This document shows, piece by piece, positions 63,785 through 64,000 of a stretch of 64,000 nucleotides of DNA. Under the pieces are notes generated by a model, which saw only the letters and a list, made by a program, of their open reading frames with translations, was not told the origin of the DNA and did not search any database. The position numbers and the translations under genes are program-made. How positions within the stretch are numbered: the stretch's first letter is position 1; every line of letters begins with the position of its first letter. The DNA comes from an uncultured Chloroflexia bacterium (GTDB taxonomy: Bacteria > Chloroflexota > Limnocylindria > Limnocylindrales > CSP1-4): positions 1,601,969 through 1,665,968 of the forward strand of contig CAVPIF010000001.1 of the NCBI GenBank assembly GCA_963704935.1, in the 5' to 3' direction.

Positions 63785-64000
63785 CAGGCCGGCTGTCCAG
63801 GCGCCTCCCCGAACAGGTAGTGCCGACGGTCGAAGTCGATCGTCCACGAGAAGTGCCGGAGGAAACCCCAAGAGACGAGGGCATCTACGCGGATCCCGCC
63901 CCAGTCGCCGAAGTCGCGCCACGTGGCATCGGGGATCGGGTAGGCGGCTAGCCCGTCCCGTGCCGCGGGCCCGATAGCAAGAGAGCCCGGCAGCTCCGCA
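63785..64000 (-). CDS. C-terminal part of a possible retropepsin-like aspartyl protease domain protein; 5' part lies outside the window
   Basis: Minus-strand translation reads ...GIRVDALVSWGFLRHFSWTIDFDRRHYLFGEAPGQPA, with a stop at 63785. Not in the track because it is open at the window edge. Confidence 0.3.

Overview
High-GC (about 70%) chromosomal segment whose gene content and motifs look actinobacterial (Actinomycetota-like). I support about 60 protein-coding genes and found no rRNA, tRNA, CRISPR array, transposase or integrase. Gene order:
- rsmG (partial), csoR with its operator, and an hpt operon.
- A livFGMH-livJ branched-chain amino-acid ABC importer.
- A NYN-domain protein with a long basic repeat tail, then holB-acyP.
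- A small operon of unknown function ending in an acyl-ACP thioesterase.
- A divergent island of about 15 kb (16.9-31.9 kb). It holds carbamate kinase, two carbamoyltransferase paralogs, two PLP enzymes, an XdhD-type molybdenum hydroxylase, SsnA, a PreA-like Fe-S flavoprotein, a GNAT, and DAO-type and OYE/FadH-type flavoproteins. I read it as a candidate ATP-yielding N-heterocycle catabolic system only partly resembling the E. coli ygeW/ssnA/xdhD neighbourhood.
- A MacB-type efflux cassette bracketed by a 117-bp perfect direct repeat plus a patchwork remnant of the neighbouring gene.
- An RCC1-lipoprotein / ECF sigma / anti-sigma module.
- A GH5-CBM32 lipoprotein, an ABC-2 exporter, and a GGDEF/STAS pair with an EAL remnant.
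- A TetR unit, a LacI-controlled sugar ABC + GH116 operon, and a compact Calvin-cycle module (cbbR-cbbL-cbbS-cbbX-fbp-prk).

Four reading frames (rsmG start, livH, NYN gene, a membrane protein) break at short G/C runs. Assembly indels are therefore as likely as true pseudogenes. Many long ORFs in the six-frame track are antisense or N-terminal-extension artefacts of high GC and were trimmed or rejected. All family assignments are from motif recognition by eye and need database confirmation.
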